This document shows, one piece after another, positions 22,463 to 32,409 of a stretch of 42,193 nt of DNA. This stretch comes from a virus (Duplodnaviria; Caudoviricetes). The notes under the pieces were generated by a model. That model had not been told where the DNA came from, made no database searches, and was given only the letters and a program-made list of their open reading frames with translations. How positions within the stretch are numbered: the first letter of the stretch is position 1; the number at the start of each line of letters is the position of its first letter. The position numbers and the translations under genes were made by a program. Location: positions 1-42,193 of IMG/VR virus record IMGVR_UViG_3300017910_000112; one strand, given 5' to 3'.

Positions 22463-24133
22463 ATGGAAGACAATAAATTTGTAAAACATAGATTACCCTG
22501 TCCGAAATGTGGAGGTTCAGACCCAGTATCTATGAATAAAGATGGCTCTGCATATTGCTTTAGTTGTTCAACTTATATGCGTAGCTACGAAGATGAAAGT
22601 GAGGGCACAATAGTGGAAACAACACCAAAGGCAAATAATACTTTTTTAGATTCTTACACAGGCATATATTCAGCTCTGACTGATAGAGGTATATCAGAAG
22701 AGACTGCTAAGAAGTTTGGAGTAAGAGTAGTCAAGGATACACGAGGCAATATTACTCAACACATTTATCCTTATTATAATGGTACTGAGATTGTCTGTAC
22801 CAAAACTAGATTTACCAATACCAAAAACTTTGGAGTCAATGGTGGCTACGAAGGCACTGGATTATTTGGTGAGCAACTGTATCGAAATACTGGCGGTAAG
22901 TATTTAACAATTACCGAAGGCGAGTGTGACGCTATGGCAGTTGATGAAATGTTTCAAGGTAAGTGGGCAGTAGTTTCTGTTAAAAGAGGAGCTGCAGGTG
23001 CAGTAAAAGACATAAGAGAAAGCATAGAGTTTGTTGAATCTTTTGAAAGTGTTGTGCTTTGTTTCGATAATGATAAGGCAGGTCGTGAGGCTACTAGAAA
23101 TGTAGCAAGAATATTAAAGCCCGGAAAGGTAAAAATTATGACTTTACCTAATGGTTATAAAGACGCTAACGATATGCACAATCAAAAGAAGTTTAGTGAG
23201 TTTACTAAATCTTGGTGGGATGCTAAGACTTATACCCCATCAGGTATCATGGAACTATCTGGACAAAAAACAGATTGGTTACATAGAGAGGTAAAAGAAA
23301 GTATTGCTTATCCTTGGGAAGGATTGAACAAGAAACTATATGGATTAAGACAGGGAGAACTGATAACCTTAACTGGTGGTACAGGTCTTGGTAAGTCATC
23401 TGTCACTAGAGAGCTAGAGCACTGGCTTATCAAGACAACCAAAGATAATGTGGGTATCATAGCTCTTGAAGAAAACTGGCTTAGAACAGCAGATGGTCTA
23501 ATATCTATTGAGGCAAACGATAGACTATATCTAAATGAAAAGCGTCAGCAATATACAGAAGAAGACTTGAATGCTTTGTTTGACAAAGTGATTGAGAAGA
23601 ACAGGGTGTTTATTCATTCTCATCTTGGTGCGACAGACATTGATGAGATATTCGCAAAGTTAAGGTACATGATTGTAGGTTGCGAATGTAAGTGGGTAAT
23701 AGTTGACCACTTGCACATGCTTGTCAATGTCTTAACCGAAGGTGATGAACGAAGAGGTATTGATACATTAATGAATAGATTAAGAAGCTTGGTGGAAGAA
23801 ACAAATGTTGGTATGATATTAGTATCACATTTACGTAGAGCTACAGGTGACCGAGGACATGAGAAAGGAGTCGCAGTGTCTTTGAGTCATCTAAAAGGTT
23901 CTCAAGGTATTGCACAGTTATCTGATTGCGTCATAGCTTTAGAGAGAAACCAACAAGCCACTGACCCTAAAGAAGCTAACACAACTAAAGTAAGAGTGTT
24001 AAAGTCTAGGTATACTGGAGACACTGGATTAGCTTGTGCACTTGAATATGATAATGACACTGGTAGATTGCATGAGGTAACTACCGAAGATACTTTTGAT
24101 AATGAAGAGGAAAACTATGACCTCCCATTCTAA
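22463..24133 (+). CDS. DNA primase-helicase (T7 gp4-like)
   Basis: Zn finger CPKC...CFSC, TOPRIM EGECD / FDND, Walker A GGTGLGKS, VDHL, KGSQGIAQLSD. Confidence 0.95.
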   Translation: MEDNKFVKHRLPCPKCGGSDPVSMNKDGSAYCFSCSTYMRSYEDESEGTIVETTPKANNTFLDSYTGIYSALTDRGISEETAKKFGVRVVKDTRGNITQHIYPYYNGTEIVCTKTRFTNTKNFGVNGGYEGTGLFGEQLYRNTGGKYLTITEGECDAMAVDEMFQGKWAVVSVKRGAAGAVKDIRESIEFVESFESVVLCFDNDKAGREATRNVARILKPGKVKIMTLPNGYKDANDMHNQKKFSEFTKSWWDAKTYTPSGIMELSGQKTDWLHREVKESIAYPWEGLNKKLYGLRQGELITLTGGTGLGKSSVTRELEHWLIKTTKDNVGIIALEENWLRTADGLISIEANDRLYLNEKRQQYTEEDLNALFDKVIEKNRVFIHSHLGATDIDEIFAKLRYMIVGCECKWVIVDHLHMLVNVLTEGDERRGIDTLMNRLRSLVEETNVGMILVSHLRRATGDRGHEKGVAVSLSHLKGSQGIAQLSDCVIALERNQQATDPKEANTTKVRVLKSRYTGDTGLACALEYDNDTGRLHEVTTEDTFDNEEENYDLPF

Positions 24134-25859
24134 ACAAGTTATATTTGATATCGAAGCTGATGGTCTTACACCAACAAAGATATGGTGTATTGTTGCTAAA
24201 GATTTAAATGAATCTAGTCCAAGAACTTTTGGACCAGACCAACTAGAAGAAGGTATAGAATATTTACAGTCAGTAGATACACTGATTGGTCACAATATCA
24301 TAGGTTATGACATACCTGTTATTGAGAAACTACACAATGTTACATTACATGCTGATGTTATTGATACTTTAGTTTTATCAAGGCTCTATCAGCCAGTAAG
24401 AGAGAATGGGCACAGTTTAAAAACTTGGGGCTATCGAGTTAAGTCACCTAAACAAGAACAACCTGATGATTTTGATAACTACACTCCACAAATGCTTGAG
24501 TATTGCACACAAGATGTGTTGTTAAACGAGAAAGTTTATTATGCTTTACAACAAGAGAGTAAAAACTTTTCTCAAGAAAGTGTAGATTTAGAACATCAAG
24601 TTGCAGTAATCATGAATGAGCAAGAGAAGAATGGATTTCTCTTTGATACAGAAAGAGCAATGAATCTTCTTATCAGTTTAAAATATCGCATGTCAGAAGT
24701 AGAAGATGAGGTACAAGAAACATTCAAGCCTAAATGGGTTGATGATAAAATGGTAACTCCTTACATTAAAAAGGATGGCGAGTTATCCTTACGAGGACTG
24801 ACAGACGATGAATACAATCGCTGTATTGAGACTAATAACTTTGAACCATTTATGCGAAAGAAACTTGTTGAGTTTAATTTAGGTAGTCGCAAACAGATTG
24901 GTGAATATTTAACTGATTTTGGTTGGAAGCCAGAAAGATTTACTCCCACAGGTCAACCTATTGTTGACGAAGGAACGCTAAAAAAGATAGACCATATACA
25001 CGAAGCTCGGCTCATTGCCGAGTTTTTATTATTACAGAAACGTATTGCTCAGATATCATCTTGGGTAGATGAGTTACAGGGAGAACGTGTGCATGGTAAA
25101 GTTATACCTAATGGTACTATTACTGGTAGAATGACACATAGAAATCCTAACATGGCACAAGTTCCGAGTGTCCATAGTGAGTATGGTAAAGATTGTCGTG
25201 CCTGTTGGATAGTTCCTCAGGGATACAATCTATTAGGTATTGATGCAAGTGGGTTAGAACTTAGAATGTTAGCTCACTATATGAACGATGATAATTATAT
25301 TCAAGAGGTATTACATGGAGATATCCACACAACTAATCAAGAACTTGCAGGACTTGAATCAAGAGATAAGGCAAAGACTTTCATCTATGCCCTCATATAC
25401 GGAGCAGGAGATGAAAAGCTTGGAAAAGTGGTTGGTTCAGATAGAAAAGCAGGTAAAGAACTTAGAACTCGTTTCCTTACCAACCTTCCTGCACTTGAAA
25501 CTCTTACGAGAAGAGTTAGAGAAGCGTCAAGAAGAGGATTCTTGAAAGGATTAGATGGTCGTAAGATATACGTTAGAAGTGAACATGCTGCCTTAAATAC
25601 TTTATTGCAAGGCGGTGGTGCTATAGCTATGAAAAAAGCTATGTGCATATTTTATAATAAAATTAAATTAAATACACTGGATGCAAAGTTTGTAGCTAAT
25701 ATTCATGATGAGTGGCAGTTACAGGTTAAAAATAACATTGCTGAATATACTGGGCTATTAGGTGTGGAGTGTATAGAAGAAGCCGGAAGACGATTCCAAA
25801 TGCGGTGTGCATTAACTGGTGAATACAAAGTCGGAGGTGACTGGAGTGAAACCCACTAA
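24117..25859 (+). CDS. DNA polymerase family A (T7 gp5-like)
   Basis: Exo I FDIEAD, TGR, motif A DASGLELR, motif B KTFIYALIYG, motif C IHDE; likely start ATG 24117. Confidence 0.95.
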   Translation: MTSHSKQVIFDIEADGLTPTKIWCIVAKDLNESSPRTFGPDQLEEGIEYLQSVDTLIGHNIIGYDIPVIEKLHNVTLHADVIDTLVLSRLYQPVRENGHSLKTWGYRVKSPKQEQPDDFDNYTPQMLEYCTQDVLLNEKVYYALQQESKNFSQESVDLEHQVAVIMNEQEKNGFLFDTERAMNLLISLKYRMSEVEDEVQETFKPKWVDDKMVTPYIKKDGELSLRGLTDDEYNRCIETNNFEPFMRKKLVEFNLGSRKQIGEYLTDFGWKPERFTPTGQPIVDEGTLKKIDHIHEARLIAEFLLLQKRIAQISSWVDELQGERVHGKVIPNGTITGRMTHRNPNMAQVPSVHSEYGKDCRACWIVPQGYNLLGIDASGLELRMLAHYMNDDNYIQEVLHGDIHTTNQELAGLESRDKAKTFIYALIYGAGDEKLGKVVGSDRKAGKELRTRFLTNLPALETLTRRVREASRRGFLKGLDGRKIYVRSEHAALNTLLQGGGAIAMKKAMCIFYNKIKLNTLDAKFVANIHDEWQLQVKNNIAEYTGLLGVECIEEAGRRFQMRCALTGEYKVGGDWSETH

Positions 25860-26280
25860 GAAAGACAGAAAAAAGTTTGATATTGATTTACAATATGGAA
25901 CTATCCGAGAGGATAAAATAGCTGATTTATTTACTAACAAAAAGATAGAAGTAAAATCAGAAAAAGATATATGGCAGACAACAGGTAACATAGCGATTGA
26001 ATATCAATCCTATAATAAACCATCTGGAATAAAGGCAACTGAATCAGATTACTGGTTTCACAATCTTTGTATCGGTGATGATGAGTACTGCACATTAGTA
26101 TTTAAAACAGATGTTCTTAGAAAGATTGTAGAACAACTTGATACATTTAAATCAGTAAGTGGTGGTGACCACAATGCCAGTAGAATGTTTTTAGTTAATT
26201 TACAAAAACTATTTTCTACAGATGTCATAAAAGCATTTAAGGAGTTAGACGATGCCGAGAAAGAAAAAGAAAAATCTTGA
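25846..26280 (+). CDS. PD-(D/E)XK-like nuclease-fold protein
   Basis: IEVKSE...TGNIAIEY; GTG after GGAGGTG. Confidence 0.55.
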   Translation: MKPTKKDRKKFDIDLQYGTIREDKIADLFTNKKIEVKSEKDIWQTTGNIAIEYQSYNKPSGIKATESDYWFHNLCIGDDEYCTLVFKTDVLRKIVEQLDTFKSVSGGDHNASRMFLVNLQKLFSTDVIKAFKELDDAEKEKEKS

Positions 26281-27133
26281 TACGTTAATAGAAGATATTT
26301 ACTCAGTCGTTGGTGAGTTGGGCGAAGGTAAAGCTATTGATGTAAGCGAAGAGGACTTAGACAAGTTTGGTGAGTTTATGCGACAAGCATTAAAAGATTG
26401 GTTAACTCCTAGAGCTAATCAGAAACCAACACTGCGTATGTCTAATATTGGTAGACCACAAAGACAACTTTGGTTTGATATGAAAAGAGATAGTTATGGT
26501 GGAGGAGTATCACCACCAACTATGATTAAATTTTTATACGGTCACATACTTGAAAGGGTTGTATTGTTCTTAACAGAACTTGCCGGTCATGAAGTTACTG
26601 ATGAACAAAAAGAAATAAAAGTCAGTGGCATACTAGGACATATGGATTGTAAGATAGATGGAGAGGTTATTGATATCAAATCTGCCTCTGGTTTTGCATT
26701 TCAAAAGTTTGCTAATGGCACTTTGGCAGAGTCAGATGCATTTGGGTATATGGCTCAATTATCTGGTTATGAACATGCAGAGGGTACAAATAAAGGCGGA
26801 TTCGTTGCTATCAATAAAGAGAACGGAGAACTTGCATTATTTCGACCAGAAGAACTTGACAAAGTAAATATAGAAACTAAAATTAGAACAGTCAAAAAAA
26901 TAATTAAGTCAGACTCTCCGCCTGAACTTTGTTACCAACCAATAGCCGATGGTGCTTCTGGAAACATGAAGCTCCCTAGAGAGTGCGGTTGGTGTCCACA
27001 TAAATTTGAATGTCATAAAGACTCAAACGATGGTAAAGGTCTTCGTGTATTTCAGTATGCGAAAGGACTTACTTATTTAACTAAAGTAGAAAAGCTACCG
27101 AAAGTAGAAGAAATAACGGAGAAGTTTGTATGA
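26252..27133 (+). CDS. Cas4-like/PD-(D/E)XK exonuclease
   Basis: LRMSNIG, GHMDCKIDGEVIDIKS, QLSGY, CGWCPHKFEC. Confidence 0.8.
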   Translation: MPRKKKKNLDTLIEDIYSVVGELGEGKAIDVSEEDLDKFGEFMRQALKDWLTPRANQKPTLRMSNIGRPQRQLWFDMKRDSYGGGVSPPTMIKFLYGHILERVVLFLTELAGHEVTDEQKEIKVSGILGHMDCKIDGEVIDIKSASGFAFQKFANGTLAESDAFGYMAQLSGYEHAEGTNKGGFVAINKENGELALFRPEELDKVNIETKIRTVKKIIKSDSPPELCYQPIADGASGNMKLPRECGWCPHKFECHKDSNDGKGLRVFQYAKGLTYLTKVEKLPKVEEITEKFV

Positions 27134-27399
27134 TGATTTGGAGTGACCAAGAATCTAAAGAAGAGATAAAAGAAGACGTAGTAAATAAACCTAAACACTA
27201 TAATCAAGGTGGCATAGAGTGTATAGACGCTATTGAATCTATGTTAACTCATGAAGAGTTTGTTGGTTATCTACGTGGTAACTCATTGAAGTATAGATGG
27301 AGATTCCGTTATAAAAATGGTGTAGAAGACTTACGTAAAGCTGAGTGGTACGAAAATAAATTACTTGAAATATTGGAGGAAAAAATAGATGGCAGATAA
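27130..27399 (+). CDS. DUF3310 protein (T7 gp1.7-like nucleotide kinase family)
   Basis: VNKPKHY, ECIDAI, GNSLKYRWR, EDLRKAEWY. Confidence 0.8.
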   Translation: MMIWSDQESKEEIKEDVVNKPKHYNQGGIECIDAIESMLTHEEFVGYLRGNSLKYRWRFRYKNGVEDLRKAEWYENKLLEILEEKIDGR

Positions 27400-29281
27400 G
27401 AAAGGTGAGTTACCTTATCTAGGAATAATAATTAATTATGATAAAGATAAAAAGCTTGATAAGTTTAGTAAAGATACAATTGAAGATAGATACTTATGGG
27501 AAGATGAAGAAAGCCCTCAAGAAGCATTTGCTCGTGCCTCTGTATACGTTAGTACATATAAAGGTGAAACAGATTATGAAATGGCTCAGAGAATATACGA
27601 TTACTCTTCTAACCATTGGTTTATGTTTAGCACACCTATTCTTTCTAATGGTGGCACTACTAGAGGTCTGCCGATTAGCTGCTTCTTAAATCATGTGCCT
27701 GATAGTAGGCATGGTTTATCAGCTCACTACGATGAAAACATTTGGTTAGCTAGTTCTGGTGGCGGTATTGGTGGCTACTGGGGAGAGGTAAGAAGTGATG
27801 GTGTTTCTACTTCTAATGGTAGTAGGTCTACAGGGTCTATACCTTTTATGCATGTGGTTGACTCTCAGATGTTGGCTTTCAATCAAGGCACAACAAGACG
27901 TGGTAGCTATGCAGCTTATCTAGATATATCGCATCCAGAAGTAGAAGAGTTTATGATAATGCGAAAAGAGTCTGGTGGAGATATAAATAGAAAGTGTTTA
28001 AACTTACATCATGGCATTAACATAACAAATGCATTTTTAGATGCTATTCGTAATGATGATGACTGGCGATTGATTGACCCTAAATCTGGTGATGCTGTTA
28101 AGATAGTCAAAGCTAGAGAGTTGTGGTCTAAGATATTAGAGACTCGTTCAGAGACTGGTGAGCCTTATCTAATTAATATAGATACTTGTAACGACCACCT
28201 CCCTAAAGAACAAAAAGAATTAGGATTAGAAGTTAGGCAAAGTAATTTATGTTCAGAAATAACACTGCCTACTAATGAAGAAAGAACTGCTGTGTGCTGT
28301 TTGTCAAGTGTAAACCTTGAACACTATGATGAATGGTCCAAGGATAATCTTTTTATAGAAGATTTAATAACTATGCTTGACAATGTTTTACAACATTTTA
28401 TAGATAATGCAGTCGATACAGTACAACTTGGAGAATATAATGCAAACTTTAAAAGATTTAAAAACTACATTAAAGAAGATAAAGAAGGATTTACAAAAGC
28501 AGCCTACTCTGCTTATAGAGAAAGGTCGATTGGTTTGGGTGCAATGGGTTTCCATTCTTACCTCCAATCTAAAAACATTCCTTTTGAAGGTATCTTTGCT
28601 ACTGGATTTAATTATAAAGCGTTTAAGCACATTAAAGAAGCTGCGATGGAAGCATCTAAGAAACTGGCTGATAGTAGGGGTGAAGCTCCTGACGTTTCTA
28701 ACTCTGGTTACCGCAATGCTCATCTTCTTGCTGTTGCCCCTAATGCTAGTAGTAGTATCATATGCGGTGGTACGTCACCGTCAATAGAACCTGTTAGGGC
28801 TAATGTTTATACACATAAAACTTTATCTGGAAGTTATAAAGTAAAAAACAAATATTTAGAAAAATTAATAAATAAAAAAATAAAAGACCCTAAAAAGAAA
28901 GAAAAACTTTGGCAAGAAATTAATGTAGCAAAAGGTTCAATACAAGATTTAAAACAATTTACTGACGAAGAAAAAGAAGTATTCAAGACTGCAGATGAAA
29001 TTAATCAAATCTGGGTGGTAGAACACGCATATAAGCGTCAAGAATTTATATGTCAGGCTCAGTCAGTCAATTTATTTTTTGTGCCTCCAGACTCCTCTAT
29101 GGAGCAGGAAACGCATGATGAGTATTTACAGTATGTAAGTGATGTTCACTGGTATGCAATGAATACACTTAAATCACTGTATTATTTTAGGTCTGATGCA
29201 GCAAAAGCAGCAGAGAATGTTAATGTTAAAGTTCCACGTATTAAATTAGATGAAGTGGAATGCATAGCTTGTGAGGGATAA
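27389..29281 (+). CDS. nrdA: ribonucleotide reductase class I alpha subunit
   Basis: PISCF, SNLCSEI, APNASSS, SLYY, C-terminal CIACEG; no ATP cone. Confidence 0.95.
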   Translation: MADKKGELPYLGIIINYDKDKKLDKFSKDTIEDRYLWEDEESPQEAFARASVYVSTYKGETDYEMAQRIYDYSSNHWFMFSTPILSNGGTTRGLPISCFLNHVPDSRHGLSAHYDENIWLASSGGGIGGYWGEVRSDGVSTSNGSRSTGSIPFMHVVDSQMLAFNQGTTRRGSYAAYLDISHPEVEEFMIMRKESGGDINRKCLNLHHGINITNAFLDAIRNDDDWRLIDPKSGDAVKIVKARELWSKILETRSETGEPYLINIDTCNDHLPKEQKELGLEVRQSNLCSEITLPTNEERTAVCCLSSVNLEHYDEWSKDNLFIEDLITMLDNVLQHFIDNAVDTVQLGEYNANFKRFKNYIKEDKEGFTKAAYSAYRERSIGLGAMGFHSYLQSKNIPFEGIFATGFNYKAFKHIKEAAMEASKKLADSRGEAPDVSNSGYRNAHLLAVAPNASSSIICGGTSPSIEPVRANVYTHKTLSGSYKVKNKYLEKLINKKIKDPKKKEKLWQEINVAKGSIQDLKQFTDEEKEVFKTADEINQIWVVEHAYKRQEFICQAQSVNLFFVPPDSSMEQETHDEYLQYVSDVHWYAMNTLKSLYYFRSDAAKAAENVNVKVPRIKLDEVECIACEG

Positions 29282-29283
29282 TT

Positions 29284-29493
29284 ATGAGTATATATTCAGG
29301 AAGTAAGCTTTATGAAGCATTAAAAGCTAAATATGAAGCTGAGATTATGGAAGCAAAAGCTAACATAGAAATTTATTTAGATAACAAAGTAGGTGTAGCA
29401 GAACATCCTAATGTTGTTGAATCATTAGATAAGTTAATAGAACAGTTAGCTAGTGCAGAAGATAAATTAAGAACTTTAAAACAAAACTATTAG
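29284..29493 (+). CDS. hypothetical protein
   Basis: 69 aa; 'VGVAEHP' motif common in marine phages. Confidence 0.7.
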   Translation: MSIYSGSKLYEALKAKYEAEIMEAKANIEIYLDNKVGVAEHPNVVESLDKLIEQLASAEDKLRTLKQNY

Positions 29494-29501
29494 GAGAAAC
29501 T

Positions 29502-29651
29502 ATGAGAAACCCGTTTAACTACATTTTAATATTTGTAGGTTTATTTGTAGCGTTTGGATTGTATGTCAGCAGCGTCTACTCTAACTTAGACTATACAAAT
29601 TATCCAGATAATCATTTATGCATTCAAGAATGTTGGGAGAATATAGGATGA
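29502..29651 (+). CDS. small membrane protein (49 aa)
   Basis: Not in track; AGGAG SD; MRNPFNYILIFVGLFVAFGLYV...CIQEC. Confidence 0.55.
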   Translation: MRNPFNYILIFVGLFVAFGLYVSSVYSNLDYTNYPDNHLCIQECWENIG

Positions 29652-30640
29652 GTTTATTAAGCACTAGAGAATATTACAAACCGTTTGATTATGCATGGAT
29701 GTTTGAATACTATGATTTACAAAACAAAATGCACTGGCATCCTATGTCTGTACCTTTGCACACTGATGTCAAAGACTGGAACGAAAAATTAACAGATTCT
29801 GAAAAGAATTTATTGACACAGATATTTAGATTGTTTACTCAGTCTGATGTAGATGTAGCGTCTGGTTATGTAGAAAGATACATGCAGTTATTTAAATTAC
29901 CAGAGGCACGTATGATGATGTTAGCTTTTGGTAACATGGAGGCTATCCATCAACATTCCTACAGCTTGTTATTAGATACAGTTGGTATGCCTGAAATAGA
30001 ATACAAAGCTTTTTCTGAATATGAAGAGATGTCTAAGAAGCATGACTACATAACAGAACTTAAAACATTAAAGACTGATAAAAGAACTATAGCAAAAGCA
30101 TTAGCAGTTTACTCTGCTTTTACTGAAGGTTTACAACTCTTTAGTAGCTTTGCAATCTTGATGAACTTTCAAAGGTTTGGCAAGATGAAAGGTATGTGTC
30201 AGATAGTAGCTTACTCTATACGTGATGAAAGTTTACACGTAGAAGCTATGACTAAATTATTTAGAGAATTTATAAAAGAGAATATCGACATATGGACAGA
30301 TGACTTCAAAAAAGAAATCTATCAGATATGTAGAGATATGGTAAAACTTGAAGAAAAGTTTTTAGACTTAGTATTTGAGATGGGAGATATTGAAGGGCTA
30401 ACTAAAGAGGAAATGTATGCATACAATAAGTACATTGCCGACAGAAGATTGTTACAGTTGGGATTAAAACCTAACTACAAACAAAAAGACAATCCTTTGA
30501 CTTGGTTAGATGATGTGTTAGGTGTGGAGCACCAGAACTTTTTTGAAGGTAGGGCAACGTCATATCAAAAAGCCGGACTCAGAGGTGATTATGGAAAATT
30601 AACCTTTGCAGGATTTGATAATGAAAGCGAGACGAAATGA
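29648..30640 (+). CDS. nrdB: ribonucleotide reductase class Ia beta subunit
   Basis: FTQSD, EAIHQHSY, EGLQLFSSF, RDESLH, NFFE; likely start ATG 29648. Confidence 0.95.
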   Translation: MSLLSTREYYKPFDYAWMFEYYDLQNKMHWHPMSVPLHTDVKDWNEKLTDSEKNLLTQIFRLFTQSDVDVASGYVERYMQLFKLPEARMMMLAFGNMEAIHQHSYSLLLDTVGMPEIEYKAFSEYEEMSKKHDYITELKTLKTDKRTIAKALAVYSAFTEGLQLFSSFAILMNFQRFGKMKGMCQIVAYSIRDESLHVEAMTKLFREFIKENIDIWTDDFKKEIYQICRDMVKLEEKFLDLVFEMGDIEGLTKEEMYAYNKYIADRRLLQLGLKPNYKQKDNPLTWLDDVLGVEHQNFFEGRATSYQKAGLRGDYGKLTFAGFDNESETK

Positions 30641-30854
30641 AGCAAAACTTTTAAGTTATACTCTACTGTATGACAGGTCAGGAAAACTTGTCACAGAAAG
30701 AACTTCTACAGATATTACAGAGCTTAAAAAATATTTTACACTTGAAGAATACGAGACTCTCAAAACTATTATGAGAGACGCTACTCAACAATTAGATACT
30801 GTTCATCATCATATAGAAGCATGTTTAAATGCTAGAATTATGAATAGTAAATAA
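30621..30854 (+). CDS. hypothetical protein
   Basis: ATG 30621; last plus-strand gene. Confidence 0.6.
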   Translation: MKARRNEAKLLSYTLLYDRSGKLVTERTSTDITELKKYFTLEEYETLKTIMRDATQQLDTVHHHIEACLNARIMNSK

Positions 30855-30944
30855 TTAGAATGAGTTGAATACGGTGTAAGAGTAAGCCACTAAAAACCAG
30901 AAACTAAAACATAAAATACAGATTTCTTCTGTACCCCTTCCCAT
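30855..30944 (-). CDS. small hydrophobic peptide (29 aa)
   Basis: AAGGAGG SD; MGRGTEEICILCFSFWFLVAYSYTVFNSF. Confidence 0.45.
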   Translation of the reverse strand: MGRGTEEICILCFSFWFLVAYSYTVFNSF

Positions 30945-30966
30945 TTTTCCTCCTTGTGGGGAATTG

Positions 30967-31317
30967 TTAATCTTTACGTTTATCTTTTTGCTGTGCCTTG
31001 GCAATCTTATCTTTCTCAATAAGTTGTGGTGCTCCAAGAGCAGTTTTAAGAAAAACCTCCTGTCGTATGATTTCATTATCGACTGAACGTACTCGGTCTA
31101 TGAGAGAAACAAGAATGTTCATCTGCGAATCCAGTTTAGCGTCCAGTCTTTTTTCAACAGCAGTTAGACTCTCATTGATTTTGTCATCAACAACATCTAT
31201 CTTCTGCTCCATTCCATTAATAATTTTATTCAGTAGCTTCCATACGAAAAAGCCCAGTCCTAGTGTCATAGCAATAGGAAAGCCGACATCATTTATTAAT
31301 GTAATAATTTCATTCAT
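30967..31317 (-). CDS. membrane-anchored coiled-coil protein (lysis cassette)
   Basis: N-terminal TM 'VGFPIAMTLGLGFFVW' followed by coiled coil. Confidence 0.6.
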   Translation of the reverse strand: MNEIITLINDVGFPIAMTLGLGFFVWKLLNKIINGMEQKIDVVDDKINESLTAVEKRLDAKLDSQMNILVSLIDRVRSVDNEIIRQEVFLKTALGAPQLIEKDKIAKAQQKDKRKD

Positions 31318-31386
31318 CTTCTTCTGATTCTTCCCAAATATTCAGGGATTGGTCAACTATGTCTTGTATAGTCTTAGGTCTCTCCA

Positions 31387-31785
31387 CTAGTTACCCTTAG
31401 TAACTTTTTGTTGCTTCTCATATGTCCTAAGTCCTGCCATTCCTAGCATCGCCATAAGAATTGTAGAGAGTTGTGAAAAATCAAACTCAGGTAGCTCTAC
31501 TTGCATACCTGCAATATTAATACCAAACTGAATCATTGGTGCGATTATAAAGTGATACATCATAGCCAACGAACAGCACCATCCCACGCTCGGTCTCCAT
31601 CCACTCACAAAGATAGATTTATGTTGTGCTTCTAATTTATTGACTTCTATTTGAGCAAGGTTAGCAGTTTGTAATTGTGTCTTGAGTTCATGCTCAAGTT
31701 GCATTTTTAAGTTTTTATCTGCAACGAATTTACCAAGTACTTTACCTGCTATTCCCACTACAGAGTTAGTTATTGGGTCAGCCAT
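31387..31785 (-). CDS. holin (3TM/GTA-type)
   Basis: EVNKLEA, FVSGWRP..GW, MLGMAGLRTYEK. Confidence 0.8.
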   Translation of the reverse strand: MADPITNSVVGIAGKVLGKFVADKNLKMQLEHELKTQLQTANLAQIEVNKLEAQHKSIFVSGWRPSVGWCCSLAMMYHFIIAPMIQFGINIAGMQVELPEFDFSQLSTILMAMLGMAGLRTYEKQQKVTKGN

Positions 31786-32038
31786 CTGTGTCCTCCTTTG
31801 TAAAATCTAAACTTCTTTCTAGTGTTTGATGTACTAAGTCTATGATGTGCTCAGATAGTTCATCAGCTTTGTTTTGATAGTTCTTATCTAATGCTCTAGT
31901 AAAATGCATGTCTAATAAACTTTCATAGACATTTCTAAATTGTTCTCTTTTTAACCAAGGCTCGTTACCTTTAGCTCTAGCTTTACAGTCTATTTTGTAA
32001 GCCTTATCAAGGTCTGATTCTCTATATAATACTAACAT
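31778..32038 (-). CDS. hypothetical protein
   Basis: 86 aa; coupled to the endolysin gene. Confidence 0.65.
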   Translation of the reverse strand: MLVLYRESDLDKAYKIDCKARAKGNEPWLKREQFRNVYESLLDMHFTRALDKNYQNKADELSEHIIDLVHQTLERSLDFTKEDTDG

Positions 32039-32409
32039 TAATAACTCCAGATACGAGGAGAAGCTCTTGTTTCATCCATGTCTAAGTGGATAAATCTAGC
32101 ACCGACATCGCCCTTCTGAGAAACACCTATTCTTTTAATACCGAAACGTAGGGCTACTTCAACAACTTTGTAAGCTTGTTCCATGTGTACAAGTATGTCT
32201 ACAGCTTTACCAGAAGCGTGTGCTCCGGGTCGAGACTTCTTAGCTTCTATCGGATGTTTAGGAGAACGGTAACCACTTGTAATAACAAATGCAAAACCAC
32301 ACTCTTCTCTAATTTCATCTAAGACATTCATAAAGTCTTTATCCATTTTACACTCACCTGTATGACTGCACTTTAATTCATCTTCGGTAAAATATTTATA
32401 CATCTTCAT
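32038..32409 (-). CDS. endolysin, peptidase M15A family
   Basis: ITSGYRS, HASGKAVDI, FIHLD; start may be 32403. Confidence 0.85.
   Translation of the reverse strand: MKMYKYFTEDELKCSHTGECKMDKDFMNVLDEIREECGFAFVITSGYRSPKHPIEAKKSRPGAHASGKAVDILVHMEQAYKVVEVALRFGIKRIGVSQKGDVGARFIHLDMDETRASPRIWSY

Noticed and set aside
26252-27133. CRISPR-Cas system
   Set aside because: A solo Cas4-like exonuclease is common in phage replication modules; there are no other cas genes or array.
14686-31327. Alternative-frame or antisense ORFs (14686, 16150, 19194, 21011, 21540, 24761, 25288, 25385, 26658, 27438, 28388, 28407, 30998)
   Set aside because: They overlap real genes or regulatory hairpins and have no SD or recognisable motifs.
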